IMG/VR virus record: IMGVR_UViG_3300032320_002007
Span: 1-41,409 of that record
From: a virus
Lineage: Duplodnaviria; Caudoviricetes
Length of the DNA stretch: 41,409 nucleotides
Direction: 5' to 3' (one strand)
Part shown: positions 11,835 to 21,128 of the stretch, piece after piece
Position numbering within the stretch: position 1 is the stretch's first letter
Layout of the letters: each line of letters opens with the position of its first letter
Position numbers and translations under genes: made by a program
Notes under the pieces: generated by a model
The model's input: only the letters and a program-made list of their open reading frames with translations
What the model was told of the DNA's origin: nothing
The model's database searches: none

Positions 11835-12230
11835 TTAGTTTTCTGTTACGTCCAAAATTGTGTTAAGTGTTCCACGCAAAACAGTGGTTATTCCGCCATT
11901 ATTTGGATATTGCATTTGAATATCATAAAAAACTGGCACATATGGGGGGAATTGTTTTGTATAGTTTGAACCAACGGTTACATATAAAATTCCTGTCAAT
12001 CCGGTTAGAGCTAAACCACCTGTAATGCCATCGACAGCAAGGAATTGGCTTCCAGAGGTGACTCCAAGAACATATTTTAAAATTTCTTTTCCCGGATAAT
12101 ATGTTCTTCGAACTTCCATGGTAAATGTCATACCACTTAAATTGTAAGCGCCCCCCGTGGGGCCACTAAAGCCCATGGCCCAGGTTATGGTATCGCCTTT
12201 GATGACATTTGGACTATAGTTGTTTGACAT
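11835..12230 (-). CDS. BppU-like baseplate/fibre attachment protein
   Basis: IKGDT..YNLSGMTFTMEVR..FYDIQM..TTVLRG pattern; GGAG RBS favours the ATG at 12230. Confidence 0.55.
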   Translation of the reverse strand: MSNNYSPNVIKGDTITWAMGFSGPTGGAYNLSGMTFTMEVRRTYYPGKEILKYVLGVTSGSQFLAVDGITGGLALTGLTGILYVTVGSNYTKQFPPYVPVFYDIQMQYPNNGGITTVLRGTLNTILDVTEN

Positions 12231-12241
12231 CGGTTCTCCAA

Positions 12242-12272
12242 AAAATAATGACCATTTTAAGGTCATTATTTT
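12242..12272 (-). terminator. Hairpin (12-bp stem) upstream of the fibre operon; terminator or translational control element
   Basis: aaaataatgacc-attttaa-ggtcattatttt; on the minus strand it ends in a T run directly before GGAG. Confidence 0.45.
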
Positions 12273-12304
12273 GTTCATTTATATTTAGTTTTTAGAGACT
12301 ATAG

Positions 12305-13528
12305 TCAAAGTTTTACTTCTGCCATACCTGGTTTAATATCCAGCGTGGTTTTATTGGTTTCTTTGGCTATTTTTGAGGCCCATTGGCTTTGTTGCTGCAT
12401 TAGTTCTTCTTGCATCTTTTGCAACGATTGCATGTAAATTTTGTAATTATTTTGAACACGCTCACGATGCTCAACTGGCAAAAATTGCTCTTTCAACAAT
12501 TTTTCACAGCATGCAATTCCAATTTGAGGCTTTCCTGCATAGAAAGCGGTGGTGGACACCTCATCATAGATACCCCACATATAGTTTGCTTTGTCTACGA
12601 ACAAAATATCATTTTGGGGAAGCGGAATAGTCAAACCCAACGAAGCGACCAAGAATGCATTTCTGGGCCGATTATACTTTCTATAAATGCAGGATAGATG
12701 GTACAGAGGCTCTACTCTGTTTGGTGCAGCTTCAAAAGCCATCATAAATGCATCTGCGATCTGTTCTACAGATTTTCCTTGGAATTCTCTGCACATTCCA
12801 ACACGCATCCAGGAAAAGAATACTTCTTCGTGCCAGTGACCAAGTTTGATTCTCTTGAGATATTCTTCTTCTGCTACATCAAACATCCGAGCATCAAATG
12901 CTGATTGTGCTGCATAAAACTGCTTACGCGGTTGATTTGGGTCTTTATCCAGATAACTTTTTAGTGTATGATAATCTTTGGTGTACTTTTCAATATCATT
13001 GGCAGAAGATCTTGCACGACATCCTTCTGTTCTTACTTCCCAACCATAATCGCCTTCAAGTTTCTTTACATTCATTGGCTGCTCGCACATCGCATATTCA
13101 TGCAATGGCTCTTCATACCACCACTTCTTTTTAGCAAGATTAAAAAGTTGGGCTCGCAACCATTGAAACTCTCCGCGTTTGATATTTACGACATACCCAT
13201 CCAACGAATCATCAAAATTTTTAACAGGGAGCGTTCCAGTGATAAAGTCATCAGCATCAATCATCATGGCCCACTTTGTTTTTCCCAAACAAAGTTCTAG
13301 GGCCTTTGATCTGTTTGTTCCAAAGTCTGACCATTCATGGTCGTGGATTTCACCTGGGATACCCTTTTCATCAAAAAACTTTTTAATGATTTCTTTTGTT
13401 TCGTCGGTTGACCCAGTATCGCAAATCACATAGTAATCAATGTAAGGTGCGCATGAGGACAAACAACGTTCGATGTTTGGAGCCTCGTTTTTTACAATCA
13501 TAGCTAAAGTTAAATTGTACATTTTCAT
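12305..13528 (-). CDS. GT2 glycosyltransferase with C-terminal TPR repeats
   Basis: LAMIVKNE, DTGSTD, DFGTNRS, IDAD (DxD) and LHE motifs, followed by TPR-like helices (FYAAQS, PNRVEPLYHL). Confidence 0.9.
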   Translation of the reverse strand: MKMYNLTLAMIVKNEAPNIERCLSSCAPYIDYYVICDTGSTDETKEIIKKFFDEKGIPGEIHDHEWSDFGTNRSKALELCLGKTKWAMMIDADDFITGTLPVKNFDDSLDGYVVNIKRGEFQWLRAQLFNLAKKKWWYEEPLHEYAMCEQPMNVKKLEGDYGWEVRTEGCRARSSANDIEKYTKDYHTLKSYLDKDPNQPRKQFYAAQSAFDARMFDVAEEEYLKRIKLGHWHEEVFFSWMRVGMCREFQGKSVEQIADAFMMAFEAAPNRVEPLYHLSCIYRKYNRPRNAFLVASLGLTIPLPQNDILFVDKANYMWGIYDEVSTTAFYAGKPQIGIACCEKLLKEQFLPVEHRERVQNNYKIYMQSLQKMQEELMQQQSQWASKIAKETNKTTLDIKPGMAEVKL

Positions 13529-13530
13529 CC

Positions 13531-13956
13531 TTATGTATTAAAAAATTTTCTCAACGAACCTGTATTAAATTTGGGTATTAGATCCCATTTATCCTTTTCA
13601 GAGTGTTTTATGATCTTCAATCCAGATAACGGCATTACTTCTTTGGTTTTTTCTTTTTCAATTACTTCAAGAAGTTCCCACTCTTCAAGCAATTTTATAA
13701 TGGCATTTCTGCGACGAATATCATCTTCTGAAATATTTGATGGCAAACCATCCAATGCAAATAATTCTTTAAAGTGTGCTACGATATACACATCATTTTT
13801 GTGTACCAAATGGCATGACTGGTATAGAACGTTTTTTCCTTTAGGAGAAACACCTATTCTTGAAAGTGTTTCGCGGACAACCATAAAGTCGTCATCATCA
13901 AAAAGTTTAACTTGAACACCTACACCATTAAATACATTCTTAGAAATATCAGACAT
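13531..13956 (-). CDS. regA: Translational repressor RegA
   Basis: DDFMVVRETLSRIGV, LYQSCHLVHK, HFKELFALDG, RRNAI..LLEEW; follows gp62. Confidence 0.95.
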   Translation of the reverse strand: MSDISKNVFNGVGVQVKLFDDDDFMVVRETLSRIGVSPKGKNVLYQSCHLVHKNDVYIVAHFKELFALDGLPSNISEDDIRRRNAIIKLLEEWELLEVIEKEKTKEVMPLSGLKIIKHSEKDKWDLIPKFNTGSLRKFFNT

Positions 13957-13971
13957 AACACAATCCTTATA

Positions 13972-14352
13972 TTATTTTGTCCCACCAGTATCAAGAAATT
14001 TGCGTATTTGTTGAAAATCCTCGGGACGCAATATATTTAGGACTTCCCTAGCCTTCTGTTCTGTATATCCATAAGCCTGTTTTAACAGGTCAATATCTGC
14101 ACTTTCCTCTTTTTTAACCCAAGGAGAAAACCGTTTATTCTTCCTGATTGAAAGCCTGTAGAAATCAAACTGCATCTTTTTGTCCAGTGTCCAGTTGCAG
14201 TTTGCGACATTTGCATGGAATATTGTGTCAGAAAAAAATGAAAAACAGCGGTTTACCACATACGGTGGATATAACTTTTCTGCCTTTTCATCGTTATCCA
14301 TTAAGGCTTTTTTGTCGTAGTTGATACTATTAAGATAATGCTTGAGTTCCAT
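13972..14352 (-). CDS. gp62: Clamp loader small subunit gp62
   Basis: YLNSIN, YPPYVVNRCFS, QFDF, RFSPW, ending DTGG; synteny with gp44. Confidence 0.93.
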   Translation of the reverse strand: MELKHYLNSINYDKKALMDNDEKAEKLYPPYVVNRCFSFFSDTIFHANVANCNWTLDKKMQFDFYRLSIRKNKRFSPWVKKEESADIDLLKQAYGYTEQKAREVLNILRPEDFQQIRKFLDTGGTK

Positions 14353-15299
14353 CAGTTGAACTCACAGTCCATCATGATTTGTACAATCATTGCCATAGTA
14401 TTGATTTCCTGGTCTGCAGCAAAAGAAGCCTTGTACTGATACTCCGCAATAATCAAGATTGCCTGCGGAATAGAGTTTGGTTTTAGTACATTGTACAGTT
14501 CATTGTACAGTTTCCGGAAAAACTCCGCAGTATTCAAATCAATATTTTGGATTGTCCATTTGCGACAGGATGCAAAATCCTTGGCCTTCATGTATCCAAG
14601 AAGTTCCTTGTATGAGTCGCAGCTACCCTGTGCCAGTATCCCAACATCAATTCTTCCAGAAGAAGAATACCGCTGAAGTTCATTAACAGTACGGCGAATG
14701 TCCGGAAAATGCTTTTTGATGAGGTTGACGAGCACTGGAGTGTCATATGGAACCTTTTCAGTAGTTAGGATATATTCCACACGCTTCAGGATTCCCATAG
14801 CAAGCTGGGCTTTTTCTGCTGCAGGGACAGTAAAGTCAATACCAGTGCACCGAGAGTGCAGTGCGTCGATGATCCTGTTTTTGTAGTTACAGGTCATGAT
14901 GAAGCGACAGTTTTTGGCAAATTCTTCGATAGCACCACGCAAAGCCGGTTGGATCGAGTTTGGATTTGCATAATCAAACTCATCAAGAATGACTACCTTT
15001 AGCCCACCATTCAAAGATACCGTCGAGCAATAATTTCGAATCTTTGTGCGTAGGGTGTCAATACCATTCTCTTCAGAACAGTTGATAATGATGCTATCTG
15101 CACCGATGTCATTGGCAAGGGCGCGGGCGACCGTAGTCTTTCCAGTGCCTGCCTTGCCGTATAACATCATGTTTGGAATTGTACCCTCTTTTACCATTCC
15201 GTTGAAAACAACGGAAAGATCTACAGGAAGAATGCATTCTGACAAAGTTTGTGGGCGATATGCCTCTACCCACAATAAATTTTTAATATCTTTATTCAT
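14352..15299 (-). CDS. gp44: Clamp loader large subunit gp44 (AAA+)
   Basis: WVEAYRP, Walker A GKAGTGKTT, Walker B ILDEFD, SRC motif, ADQEIN. Confidence 0.96.
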   Translation of the reverse strand: MNKDIKNLLWVEAYRPQTLSECILPVDLSVVFNGMVKEGTIPNMMLYGKAGTGKTTVARALANDIGADSIIINCSEENGIDTLRTKIRNYCSTVSLNGGLKVVILDEFDYANPNSIQPALRGAIEEFAKNCRFIMTCNYKNRIIDALHSRCTGIDFTVPAAEKAQLAMGILKRVEYILTTEKVPYDTPVLVNLIKKHFPDIRRTVNELQRYSSSGRIDVGILAQGSCDSYKELLGYMKAKDFASCRKWTIQNIDLNTAEFFRKLYNELYNVLKPNSIPQAILIIAEYQYKASFAADQEINTMAMIVQIMMDCEFN

Positions 15300-15303
15300 A
15301 ATT

Positions 15304-15311
15304 TATAAATA
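15304..15311 (+). promoter_or_regulatory. T4-type late promoter TATAAATA upstream of the endonuclease
   Basis: Exact TATAAATA ending 32 nt before the ATG at 15344. Confidence 0.6.
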
Positions 15312-15343
15312 ATTGGGACGGTATTTTTCTAAAGGACGGTAAA

Positions 15344-15922
15344 ATGTTTATTTACAAGATTACAAACAGTATAACACAAGACTATTATATTGGCAAAACT
15401 AAAAAAGACATTAATCACCGATTAAAAGAACATTTTTATAAAGCTAAAAATAATATTCAAACCCATTTATATAGAGCAATAAGAAAATATGGAAAAAATA
15501 ATTTTTCAATTGTTTTAATAGAACAAACAACAAATAAATTATTAAACAAAAAAGAAATATTTTGGATTAAAAAATTAAAACCAAAGTATAATATGACTAA
15601 AGGTGGAGATGGTGGAATTACAAAAAAATTAACAAATAAACAAAAATTATATCTATCAAAAAAATATACCGGAAAAGGAAATCCTATGTGGGGCAAATTT
15701 GGAAAAAATAATCCAAATTTTGGACAAAAACGAGGACCTAATAAAAAAATTTCAATTGCTTTAAAAAATCCATGTATATGTCAGGGAATAAAATTTAATT
15801 CTATTGGAGAAGCTGAATTATATTTTAAATTAAAAAATATACCAATCAGTGTTAGAAAAAGACTCGACAGTCCTTTATACACTGACTGGTATAGATTAAT
15901 TAAAAAAACAAAAAGATGTTAA
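15344..15922 (+). mobile_element. Free-standing GIY-YIG homing endonuclease (Seg-like, NUMOD3-like motif)
   Basis: FIYKITN..YYIGKT, R..EH, E..WI, YNMTKGGDG, GKGNPMWGK; very AT-rich and antisense to the flanking gp45/gp44. Confidence 0.9.
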
Positions 15923-16590
15923 TTGCGCTTGATGGCGATGAAGTAAGATAGGTTCAGAGTCTTGTGCGTAAATTTAGAAATAATTGTATCAGTCAACTCC
16001 ACAGTATATGAACCGGGAATAAACTTAATTTCAGAGACATTGATGGTTCCCTCAAAATCGGGACCATCATAATTGTCGTCCAATACAATCTCAAAACTGT
16101 TGCTGGTGCTTTGACTGGAGTCATCCACTGTAATAACAAACTTACCATCACCGCCGACAAGATTAAAATCACTGACCTGCAGGATGTTTGCTGCCTTCAG
16201 GACCTCGTTTAGATCCTTTTCGTCCAGATCAAATTTGACTGCAGTCTTGGGCATCTTGACTTCCTTGGTGGGAACAGTCAATAGAGTAGGCTCAGAGTAG
16301 AAGTAAGTAACGCTTGAACGGCCATTGGAGATAACAACATGAGTGTCATGGAACTCCAGATCGGGATTTGCAAACATGCTGATTACTCCAAGGAACTTGT
16401 TCAAATCCCAAATGGGTACGGCAACATCAAAATCCTCAGCAATAGTAGCCTCGGCATATATGTTCTTGCCTGCGCTCATGGTCTTCAAGACATTACCGGG
16501 ATTGATCAAAATATTTGAATTGATCGCGGCAAAGTTCTTGAGAATGTTATAGGTTTCTTTTGTCAGTCTCATTTTAGTCACAGTGTTCAT
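15919..16590 (-). CDS. gp45: Sliding clamp gp45
   Basis: LKNFAAINSNI, IWDLNKFL, YFIA; true start may be 16581 (GTG) or 16572 (MRLTKET). Confidence 0.95.
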   Translation of the reverse strand: MNTVTKMRLTKETYNILKNFAAINSNILINPGNVLKTMSAGKNIYAEATIAEDFDVAVPIWDLNKFLGVISMFANPDLEFHDTHVVISNGRSSVTYFYSEPTLLTVPTKEVKMPKTAVKFDLDEKDLNEVLKAANILQVSDFNLVGGDGKFVITVDDSSQSTSNSFEIVLDDNYDGPDFEGTINVSEIKFIPGSYTVELTDTIISKFTHKTLNLSYFIAIKRN

Positions 16591-16610
16591 AATATAAATC
16601 TTTCTGTAAA

Positions 16611-16763
16611 TTAGTCAACATCTTTACGATAAATCGAATCGTTCAGCTTTTGCTTCTGTTCATGCCTGTTTCCACGCACACTTCTTTTGTGTTGCTTTTT
16701 ACTGAGCCCAGATGGCTTGTTCTTGCGGCGATTGGTAAACTTTTCAAAACTGTCTTCATTCAT
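16611..16763 (-). CDS. Small basic hypothetical protein (50 aa), absent from the supplied ORF track
   Basis: Translated by hand: MNEDSFEKFTNRRKNKPSGLSKKQHKRSVRGNRHEQKQKLNDSIYRKDVD*; fills the gap and has its own promoter. Confidence 0.7.
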   Translation of the reverse strand: MNEDSFEKFTNRRKNKPSGLSKKQHKRSVRGNRHEQKQKLNDSIYRKDVD

Positions 16764-16769
16764 AGTAGC

Positions 16770-16797
16770 ATCATATCTCCATTATCTTTAAAGTCAA
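16770..16797 (-). promoter_or_regulatory. Sigma70-type promoter TTGACT-N16-TATGAT, 6 nt before ATG 16763
   Basis: Same geometry as the dut promoter. Confidence 0.65.
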
Positions 16798-17084
16798 GTT
16801 TGAATCCACTGATATGAATTTCCATCATAATAATAAATGTATACAATTCCAGAATCGGAAACCCACATTTGATTTTCTTTTGGTAAGACAGGTGGTAAAG
16901 AACTTGCTATTGGCTCAGTTGCTTTAATAAAAGTCCAATTATCTGGGGCTTCTAGCGGATTTTTTTGTGTAGAATTTGATGCTTGGTATAATTTTCCTTG
17001 GTATACCACTACATCATTTTTTGCGTATGTAATTGGAAACCCTGTTGGGCCTATAAATTTATATTGTCCCTTAAACATACACAA
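16794..17084 (-). CDS. Small protein with carbohydrate-binding (CBM5/12-like) and fibre-type motifs
   Basis: YAKNDVVVYQGKLYQA...P..W, then WVSDSGIVYIYYYDGNSYQWIQ; CTAAATA late promoter upstream; ATG start probably at 17078. Confidence 0.55.
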   Translation of the reverse strand: MCMFKGQYKFIGPTGFPITYAKNDVVVYQGKLYQASNSTQKNPLEAPDNWTFIKATEPIASSLPPVLPKENQMWVSDSGIVYIYYYDGNSYQWIQT

Positions 17085-17088
17085 ATAT

Positions 17089-18810
17089 TTAGATATTTGT
17101 CTTTATCTTTGAAAAATTATTTTTCTTTTCAAACTGCATAGAAGAATCAAATTTATCCACCAAAGAATCTGCCTTGTGACTAATAATAAAGATAGAGCAT
17201 TTATTCTTCATCTTGTTCAGAAGCTTCAGGAAAGACTCCGTTCCAGATGCATCCAGTGATGAATCCAAGATCTCATCGAAGATCAGTAGGTTGCAGTTCA
17301 GACTGTTCTTCATCTTGGCCACCTCACGCCAAGTCAGCAATATGGCCAGATCAATACGCTGTTTCTCTCCCTCAGAGAAAGAGGAATATGAGAATGCGTC
17401 TCGGTATCGGGACTTGATTGTTTCCTTGAATTCCTCATCGATGGTGAAATCAACATAGAGGTTAAGCTTTCCGAGGAACTTGTTGACGAGTCCATTGATG
17501 ATGGGAACATAATGTTTGATGATGCGGCTTTTAAGACCGCCATCCTTGAGAATATCATAGACAACATCGTAGTGAATTTGTTCATTGATCAGTGTCTGTA
17601 GGGTATTAGTAAGTTCTTGTTTTTCAGATTCAGATTTGTGCAGACTTTCTTCTAAGGAAGATATGTTGCTGGATGCTTCTTTATCTTTCTTTTCCTTCTG
17701 GAGACGCTTTACGTTCTCTTCACCATTGCCAATTCTATAATTAATTCCCAAGACATCATTGTTCATCGTGTCAATTTCTTCTTTATAGGAATTATATTGA
17801 CTCTGGGCTTCAATGAGTTTTTGGTTTTTATCTTGGGCAATCTTTATTGCCTTTTGGCATTCCAATAGTTTGATTTCTTTATCCTGGATGTGCTTTTGCT
17901 TTTGCTCTATGGGAAGTTCCTGACCACAGCATTTGCACATTGCAGATGTCTTTAAGGACTCTATTTCTTCCTTAAATGTGGTTTCAAGCGCCTCTGTCTT
18001 GGCCAACATCAAAGGTACATCTTTTAGGGACTGGACGATCTTTTGATGTTTTGCCTGTTCTCCTAGAAATTTTTCTAGTTGTTTGGCAAACTCATTTTTT
18101 TCTGATTTGCTCAATTTAATATTGGCTTCAAATGATTCAATTTTTTCATCGATGGCTTTGATGTCATCGGCATTGTGACTCTTTACCTGATCGATAAATT
18201 GTTTCTGGGCCTTGATCTTTTCGTGGGAGATCTTAACCAAAGACTCATTTTCGGCTATGCTTACCTTCAAGGATCCCAGCTGTCCTTTGACATACTGGTT
18301 CATGTCTGCAAGAATGTCAAGATCCAAAAGCCCTTCGATGATCTTCCTGCGCTCTGCAGGAGTCAACTGCATAAAGGGGATAAAGTTTGACTTGCCAAGA
18401 ATCACTACTTGCTTAAAAGCAGAATAATCAAAACCAAGAATCTGTTCCTCGAACATTTCTTGGTAGTCCTTAGTCTTGGCATTTTGATCAATCATCTCCC
18501 CGTTCTTATGAATCTCAAAAATCTTTGGAGAGAGACCGCGACGTACCAAGTAGTGTGACCCGGACTTGTTAAATTCTATTTCAACCAAACAGCCCTTACC
18601 GTTTACGCTGTTGACTAGTTGGGGGATGTTAATCGGTCGAAATGGCTTGCCGAATAAACCAAAGCACAGGGAATCAAGCAGCGCAAAAGACTTACCGTGT
18701 CCGTTCGTTCCGGTTACAAGAGTGGTCTTTCTTGTATTAAGATCGATTTCGGAAAAGTTGTTGCCGAATGACCCAAAGTTCTTGAAGCGAACAGTTAAAA
18801 ATTCAATCAC
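17089..18810 (-). CDS. gp46: Recombination nuclease ATPase subunit gp46 (Rad50/SbcC-like)
   Basis: FKNFGSFGN, GTNGHGKS, coiled coil with CKCC zinc hook, FSEGEKQRIDLA, DEILDSSLD, ISH. Confidence 0.96.
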   Translation of the reverse strand: MIEFLTVRFKNFGSFGNNFSEIDLNTRKTTLVTGTNGHGKSFALLDSLCFGLFGKPFRPINIPQLVNSVNGKGCLVEIEFNKSGSHYLVRRGLSPKIFEIHKNGEMIDQNAKTKDYQEMFEEQILGFDYSAFKQVVILGKSNFIPFMQLTPAERRKIIEGLLDLDILADMNQYVKGQLGSLKVSIAENESLVKISHEKIKAQKQFIDQVKSHNADDIKAIDEKIESFEANIKLSKSEKNEFAKQLEKFLGEQAKHQKIVQSLKDVPLMLAKTEALETTFKEEIESLKTSAMCKCCGQELPIEQKQKHIQDKEIKLLECQKAIKIAQDKNQKLIEAQSQYNSYKEEIDTMNNDVLGINYRIGNGEENVKRLQKEKKDKEASSNISSLEESLHKSESEKQELTNTLQTLINEQIHYDVVYDILKDGGLKSRIIKHYVPIINGLVNKFLGKLNLYVDFTIDEEFKETIKSRYRDAFSYSSFSEGEKQRIDLAILLTWREVAKMKNSLNCNLLIFDEILDSSLDASGTESFLKLLNKMKNKCSIFIISHKADSLVDKFDSSMQFEKKNNFSKIKTNI

Positions 18811-19853
18811 TCTTCATCCTTTGACAGTGCACTATTATATGCCTCATCTATTATCTTGGCAAGCATTTGTTTGTCGATTGACTTCTCGTTAACGGTTCCA
18901 AGTTCCTCATGTAGTAACTGTAGAGTGTCCTTGTGCACGTCCACCGCAACCAGTTCAGGGTTTGCGCTAACTTCCTCGGTGACAGCCAGTTCCGCCACGC
19001 CCGCCTCATAGAACTTATCCATATACTTTTCAAACGGCGCAGCTTTCGTCCGTTTCTTGACAAAGATCTTGACGTAGCAGTCCTTGAATGTCGAATAGTC
19101 AAGCTTTTGCGGTTCGTCTTCATTATAGTCAAACGTATAGAAAAGTTTTCTAGAATTCTCGATGAATACAAGTTCTCTAGACGAAAAATCAAATACGTGG
19201 AAGCCCTTCGGCTCCCATACATCCGAGAAAGCCATCTGATACTGCGTACCCAGGTAATGAATATTATCACGACTAGACTTAACATGATAATGACCGGTGA
19301 GTACATAATCAAACTTGTCAAAATGTTTTGGGTCATATCCTTGCTCTATAAAAATTCCTCTAATGCTCTGAAAGCCACACAATTCAAGGTGCCCCAACAG
19401 AACACTGCATGTAGTTTCTGTAATAAATTTTGCTGCGGTCTCTTCGTTTTCCGGATTGATCCATGGCAAAAGAGCTACGCACCCAGCTGTTGTGTTTATT
19501 TCAACTGGCTCTGAATAAATCTCCCAGTTTGCATACTGGGATACCAACTCATCTAAAGAATTTACTCGGTTATTATTTTTATAATAAGTATCGTGATTGC
19601 CGCAAATAGCAATGCACTTTATACCCATGTCACGCAGGGGTTCCATAAATCTAGTGCGGACAAGATTTAATGTACGAAAATTTACATACTTTCTTCGATC
19701 AAAAACATCTCCCAAATGAAAGACTGTTTTGATATTATTTTCCTTAAGATAAGGAAACAGCTGCTCTTCAAAAAACTTTAAAAAGTATTCCAGCACAATC
19801 GGGGAGTCTGCCTTATACCCGAAGTGTGAATCGTTTAATATTACGGCTTTCAT
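18807..19853 (-). CDS. gp47: Recombination nuclease subunit gp47 (Mre11/SbcD-like)
   Basis: DSHFG, HLGDVFD, GNHD, GHLE and GHYH metallophosphoesterase motifs. Confidence 0.96.
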   Translation of the reverse strand: MKAVILNDSHFGYKADSPIVLEYFLKFFEEQLFPYLKENNIKTVFHLGDVFDRRKYVNFRTLNLVRTRFMEPLRDMGIKCIAICGNHDTYYKNNNRVNSLDELVSQYANWEIYSEPVEINTTAGCVALLPWINPENEETAAKFITETTCSVLLGHLELCGFQSIRGIFIEQGYDPKHFDKFDYVLTGHYHVKSSRDNIHYLGTQYQMAFSDVWEPKGFHVFDFSSRELVFIENSRKLFYTFDYNEDEPQKLDYSTFKDCYVKIFVKKRTKAAPFEKYMDKFYEAGVAELAVTEEVSANPELVAVDVHKDTLQLLHEELGTVNEKSIDKQMLAKIIDEAYNSALSKDEE

Positions 19854-20425
19854 AGATCCAGAACTTCATCCTTAGATTTGCGCGTTCTTTTTGTTTTTGT
19901 CTTCTTTGGTGGATTTAACATGTCATCAAATCTCTGCATATCCAAGTCGGTCAAACCAAAGAAGTCTCTGCGCCCTATGTCTATGCCCGCATAGGTTTCA
20001 TTAAACCAGTTATGGAAATCCTTGTCATTTTGCATTTCGGCAAACTTGTATTGAACATACTTTTCTTTCTTTTCTCTGTTGATAATACGGACAAAAGAAA
20101 ACCAGCAAATCTGAGTCAGGTAACCGAATGGACTCGTAGATTTGCTGGGATCGAAGTTATCTATGTATGTTACACAGTTTAAAACTGCATCCGATACCAT
20201 CTCTTCCCTATATGGGTAGTTTGCAAAATTTGGTCTATATGATAATCTTGAGGCTATCTTTAATATGCATTCGCCTATGTAATCAGGAAGCTTGGGTTGC
20301 TTTCTTCCTGCATTTTCGGCATCTTTACATTTGTTTCGATATTCTGCAAGAGCGTTATATAGTTGCTGATTATCTACATAATCAGCGTCGGTTGGTTTGC
20401 TCTTTTTCTTTTTAGGCTTTTTCAC
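19850..20425 (-). CDS. gp55: Late-transcription sigma factor gp55
   Basis: YVDN, YIGECILKIA..LS.RPNF.NY.YREEMVSDA, PFGYLTQI, RRI-like RIINREK; GTG start. Confidence 0.95.
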   Translation of the reverse strand: MKKPKKKKSKPTDADYVDNQQLYNALAEYRNKCKDAENAGRKQPKLPDYIGECILKIASRLSYRPNFANYPYREEMVSDAVLNCVTYIDNFDPSKSTSPFGYLTQICWFSFVRIINREKKEKYVQYKFAEMQNDKDFHNWFNETYAGIDIGRRDFFGLTDLDMQRFDDMLNPPKKTKTKRTRKSKDEVLDL

Positions 20426-20455
20426 AATTAATTATTAACACATAAATTATAACAG

Positions 20456-21055
20456 TCAACCAATTCTCTGCAATATAGAGTTATAACCAGGAGCAAAAGA
20501 ATAATTAAAAGACTTAAATTTTTCTATTATTGTTGCTAAATGTTGTTGATTTGTCAATTCATTATTTTCAAAACTAATTTTATTAGCAAATAAATTATGG
20601 TTCTCTACACACAAATCATAATAAGAATCCAATATAGTACAATCATGCCCCTCTGTGTCTAATTTTAAATAATTAATAGACTCAACACAATATTGTTTAA
20701 AAATATTTTTTAAAGTTTTTACTTCAACATCTTCACATGTTATGTGTTCATCTGGAATAAAAATATTAAAAAAAGATCCTTTTAAAGCAGGATGAACTTT
20801 TTCAACAGAATTACAACCTTTTAAAAAATCAGGATAATTATATTTTTTTATGTTTTCTTCGGATACATAAAAAATTTTTATTTTTCCATCGTAATTTGAT
20901 ACAGCACAATTTATTTTAGTTACATTTTTTTTATTTGGTAATTTTTGAAGATAATAAGAAATTGGTTCTATCGATAAACCAACCGAATCTTCAGAACATT
21001 CTTGTATTTCTGTTTCAAAGTCTGAAGTGCCTATTTCTATAAAATCGTATTTCAT
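20456..21055 (-). CDS. FkbM-like methyltransferase
   Basis: FIEIGTSDF, SIEP, NCAVS, YLKLDTEGHD. Confidence 0.75.
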   Translation of the reverse strand: MKYDFIEIGTSDFETEIQECSEDSVGLSIEPISYYLQKLPNKKNVTKINCAVSNYDGKIKIFYVSEENIKKYNYPDFLKGCNSVEKVHPALKGSFFNIFIPDEHITCEDVEVKTLKNIFKQYCVESINYLKLDTEGHDCTILDSYYDLCVENHNLFANKISFENNELTNQQHLATIIEKFKSFNYSFAPGYNSILQRIG

Positions 21056-21128
21056 AATTTATTTAGGCTTGATATATTTACTGTAAGAACAGTAGTATTG
21101 TGATTCAAAAAAAGATTAAAGTCAACAT

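Noticed and set aside
15300-15922. Group I intron hosting the GIY-YIG gene
   Set aside because: gp45 and gp44 are both intact, and the ORF fills the gap with no room for a ribozyme core.
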